Positions 61,413 to 64,000 of a stretch of DNA of 64,000 nucleotides are shown here, piece after piece (within the stretch, counting starts at the first letter, position 1; every line of letters begins with the position of its first letter). This DNA is from Mizuhopecten yessoensis. Taxonomy: Eukaryota. The notes under the pieces were generated by a model that was given only the letters and a program-made list of their open reading frames with translations, made no database searches and was not told the origin of the DNA. The position numbers were made by a program, and so were the translations under genes. Location: the NCBI RefSeq assembly GCF_002113885.1, contig NW_018480044.1:62001-126000 (forward strand), in the 5' to 3' direction.

Positions 61413-62557
61413 TTAAGTATTGATGCTGGGATATTTATTTTTAGTTCTTTGGAGAGGGAATTTTTTTCCCTAGTTTATTAAGGAAAATAACACTTTGGTT
61501 TATACACTGTATTTATATACGTTCCAGTAGGAAGAATTCAAACATACATGGTTAAAATTTTGTCATGTGGTAACAGTTTGATAAAAAAAAAAAATCAAGG
61601 ATAATAATCAAGCGTAGGGTATGATAACATTTTAACTGCCTTCTGACATTTACCAGCTACAATGTATATATTATATTATGGTATATATTCTATATGTATA
61701 TACCATAATACATAGGATATAGGTGCTAGTCACTCCCCAACATAATACCAGTGAAGCAGCCATATTTGATTCATATATACCGGTATAATACTCTTTATGT
61801 ATGCTATTTTGCTTTTTCAAGTCCCAACAAATATTAGTCATAGTTGTACATGAATTACAACTCCGGTGATGTTATGAGGCCCCTTAGCCTCTGTTTGATT
61901 TCCTACTTTCAGTTTCACTTTCTGATATCAGTGCTGATTGCATCATGTATTTCCAAGAAGCAGGAGACAGACTTTGATTTAGAGTATAGGCTGGATTTTC
62001 AAAAACTTGAGCTCTATAATTAGAAACTGTCATCATTGTTATCTATTATATTGGAATATATAAGATTGAATTAGTTTCTGTTCAGTAATATAATTGTAGT
62101 TTATTTCACAGTCAGTGCTTGACACTTTCAACACTTAATAACAGTACAGGACATGTATATATTATAACAGTGGTATGTTGTTGAGAAATGAGAATAGACA
62201 TGGATCATCAGTAGGAAGGTCAGAGACAAATACTGTATTATGTATAATGTGTGATTTGTTCAGTCTATCAACACTGGAAACTCACCTGTTTCAGAGAGAA
62301 GATTTGGTCAGCGCTTTGATGGACTGATGTTTGACATCCTGATCCTCTGATACCAGAGAAGAGACCTGATTTGATGGTAAGTATATATATATATATATAT
62401 ATGTACACTAATATGAATGTTAAGTGAAAGTGTTCTGTGTTTTTTCTGTGTCTCGATAAAGGAGTGGATTGCATTGAACATTTTTACACCCTCATATTAT
62501 CTACACTGTCGGAATTACTTCCTTGACCCATATACATATTATAACCAGATCATATTT

Positions 62558-62961
62558 TTGGTAATGAAGACTGATATGGTTATTGAAGACTGGGTTGTTG
62601 GTAATGAAGACTGATATGGGTATTGAAGTCTGGGTTGTTGGTAATGAAGACTGATATGGGTATTGAAGTCTGGGTTGTTGGTAATGAAGACTGATATGGG
62701 TATTGAAGTCTGGGTTGTTGGTAATGAAGACTGATATGGGTATTGAAGTCTGGGTTGTTGGTAATGAAGACTGATATGGGTATTGAAGTCTGGGTTGTTG
62801 GTAATGAAGACTGATATGGGTATTGAAGTCTGGGTTGTTGGTAATGAAGACTGATATGGGTATTGAAGTCTGGGTTGTTGGTAATGAAGACTGATATGGG
62901 TATTGAAGTCTGGGTTGTTGGTAATGAAGACTGATATGGTTATTGAAGTCTGGGTTGTTGT
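62558..62961. repeat. 40-bp minisatellite, ~10 copies
   Basis: Unit ggtaatgaagactgatatgggtattgaagtctgggttgtt. Confidence 0.95.
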
Positions 62962-63025
62962 TTGTGAACATTTAAAGGATCAGCATTATATAGATTTTGA
63001 CTGAACTTAATATGAAGGAATGTGA

Positions 63026-63241
63026 TAAGGCCACACAAAAACTGTTGTTTGTTTCCGGCTACCCTGCCTACCCTAATTATTTTGTGCCTACTCTAAACTT
63101 GTTTAGTCAGTTTTGAAGGAAGCCCTTTTAAAGTTGAGATCACTTTCTTTCTCCTATATAAACCTTATTAAAAAAACAAGAAAAATCAAATGTATTAATT
63201 TACCTACACGTAGCAGGAAACAAACATGTTTTTTGGGCCTA
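63026..63241. mobile_element. MITE-like element (taaggcc...gggccta), related to 33558-34243
   Basis: Imperfect TIRs tgtttgtttccggcta / tagcaggaaacaaaca. Confidence 0.55.
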
Positions 63242-64000
63242 ATTCAAATCTATTCAAAATTAAAGACTATTACCCTATTTTCTAATTGACTAATGGTGTT
63301 TGGTGCCAAGTTCACAAGGTTGCTGCTGAAGACGTTAAGTTCATATTGATTCTTTTCACTGATGATTGAGGGTGGATTTAAAATATATATTTCTCCTACC
63401 TACTTAGTTTCAGAGATAGGTATAACATTGGAAAATGGGTTAATAAACAGTACAATTCAATAACATATTCAATTGCTAAATTTTAATTTCTTTTCATTTA
63501 AATTTAAGCATGAGCTCTCTCAACACAAATAGGACCAATTATGTTGCCTATTTCACCTTATTTTGTTGTACATTTGCAAATAAGTCAAAATTTTCCCTGA
63601 TGTTTTGATGACAAAATACAGCCTTGAAATTAGATAAATGTTATAAGTGTACATCATTCCTTATAGCAAGGGTCGCTGCCCTCATCACTACACCAATTTT
63701 CCTGCTGGTCAAAACAGCCTTTTTTATTCATTGAAAATGAAACTTTGGGAATGATACATAAGAAGTGTTCTTAATATCCTATGGCCATTTGTTAATTTTC
63801 CAGATTTAAGATGGCCACCAAGGCCTCTGATTGGCCGATACAATAACGTTGATCACTTGAATTATGCAGGGCTGACTTTGTTGATTGATACTTTAAGGGA
63901 GTGATAATAGAGATATGCTTCATAGTGAAATGTCGGCTTTTAAATTTAGGATTCAAGATGGCTACTATGACCTCTGACTGATCGAGACATTTAAAATTTA

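Noticed and set aside
62501-62971. 156-aa ORF and similar repeat-derived ORFs (6311-6872, 24518-24745, 59532-59808)
   Set aside because: Translations of minisatellites.

Overview
This is AT-rich, intron-containing eukaryotic DNA, probably from a bivalve mollusc (inferred from Helentron/pearl-type interspersed elements and tRNA-derived SINEs). Positions 1-28.7 kb carry the 5' part of a TDRD12-like gene on the minus strand (N-terminal Tudor domain, Ser-rich linker, DEAD-like helicase). I reconstructed 17 phase-consistent coding exons (~918 codons); the gene continues left of the window and its introns are packed with minisatellites. Head-to-head with it is a complete 5-exon MPHOSPH6/MPP6 gene (30451-33148, 166 aa). 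At ~35.25-43.16 kb lies a decayed Polinton/Maverick (adintovirus-like) element: integrase with chromodomain, the start of a penton-like gene, and the N-terminal half of pPolB with C2H2 fingers. Inverted 35-bp tandem arrays bound it, and a Tx1/L1 LINE fragment replaces its centre. The rest is mostly SINEs, MITEs, HINE-like elements and LINE fragments, plus a candidate two-exon 72-aa CaaX microprotein gene (45910-48078). The most unusual observation is that two TDRD12 minisatellites are tandem amplifications of an exon end plus its splice donor. The 54-bp one gives 15 donors, 11 of them in frame and stop-free, which could act as a splice-selected repeat-number switch inside the helicase domain. 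All calls were made by eye, without database searches.
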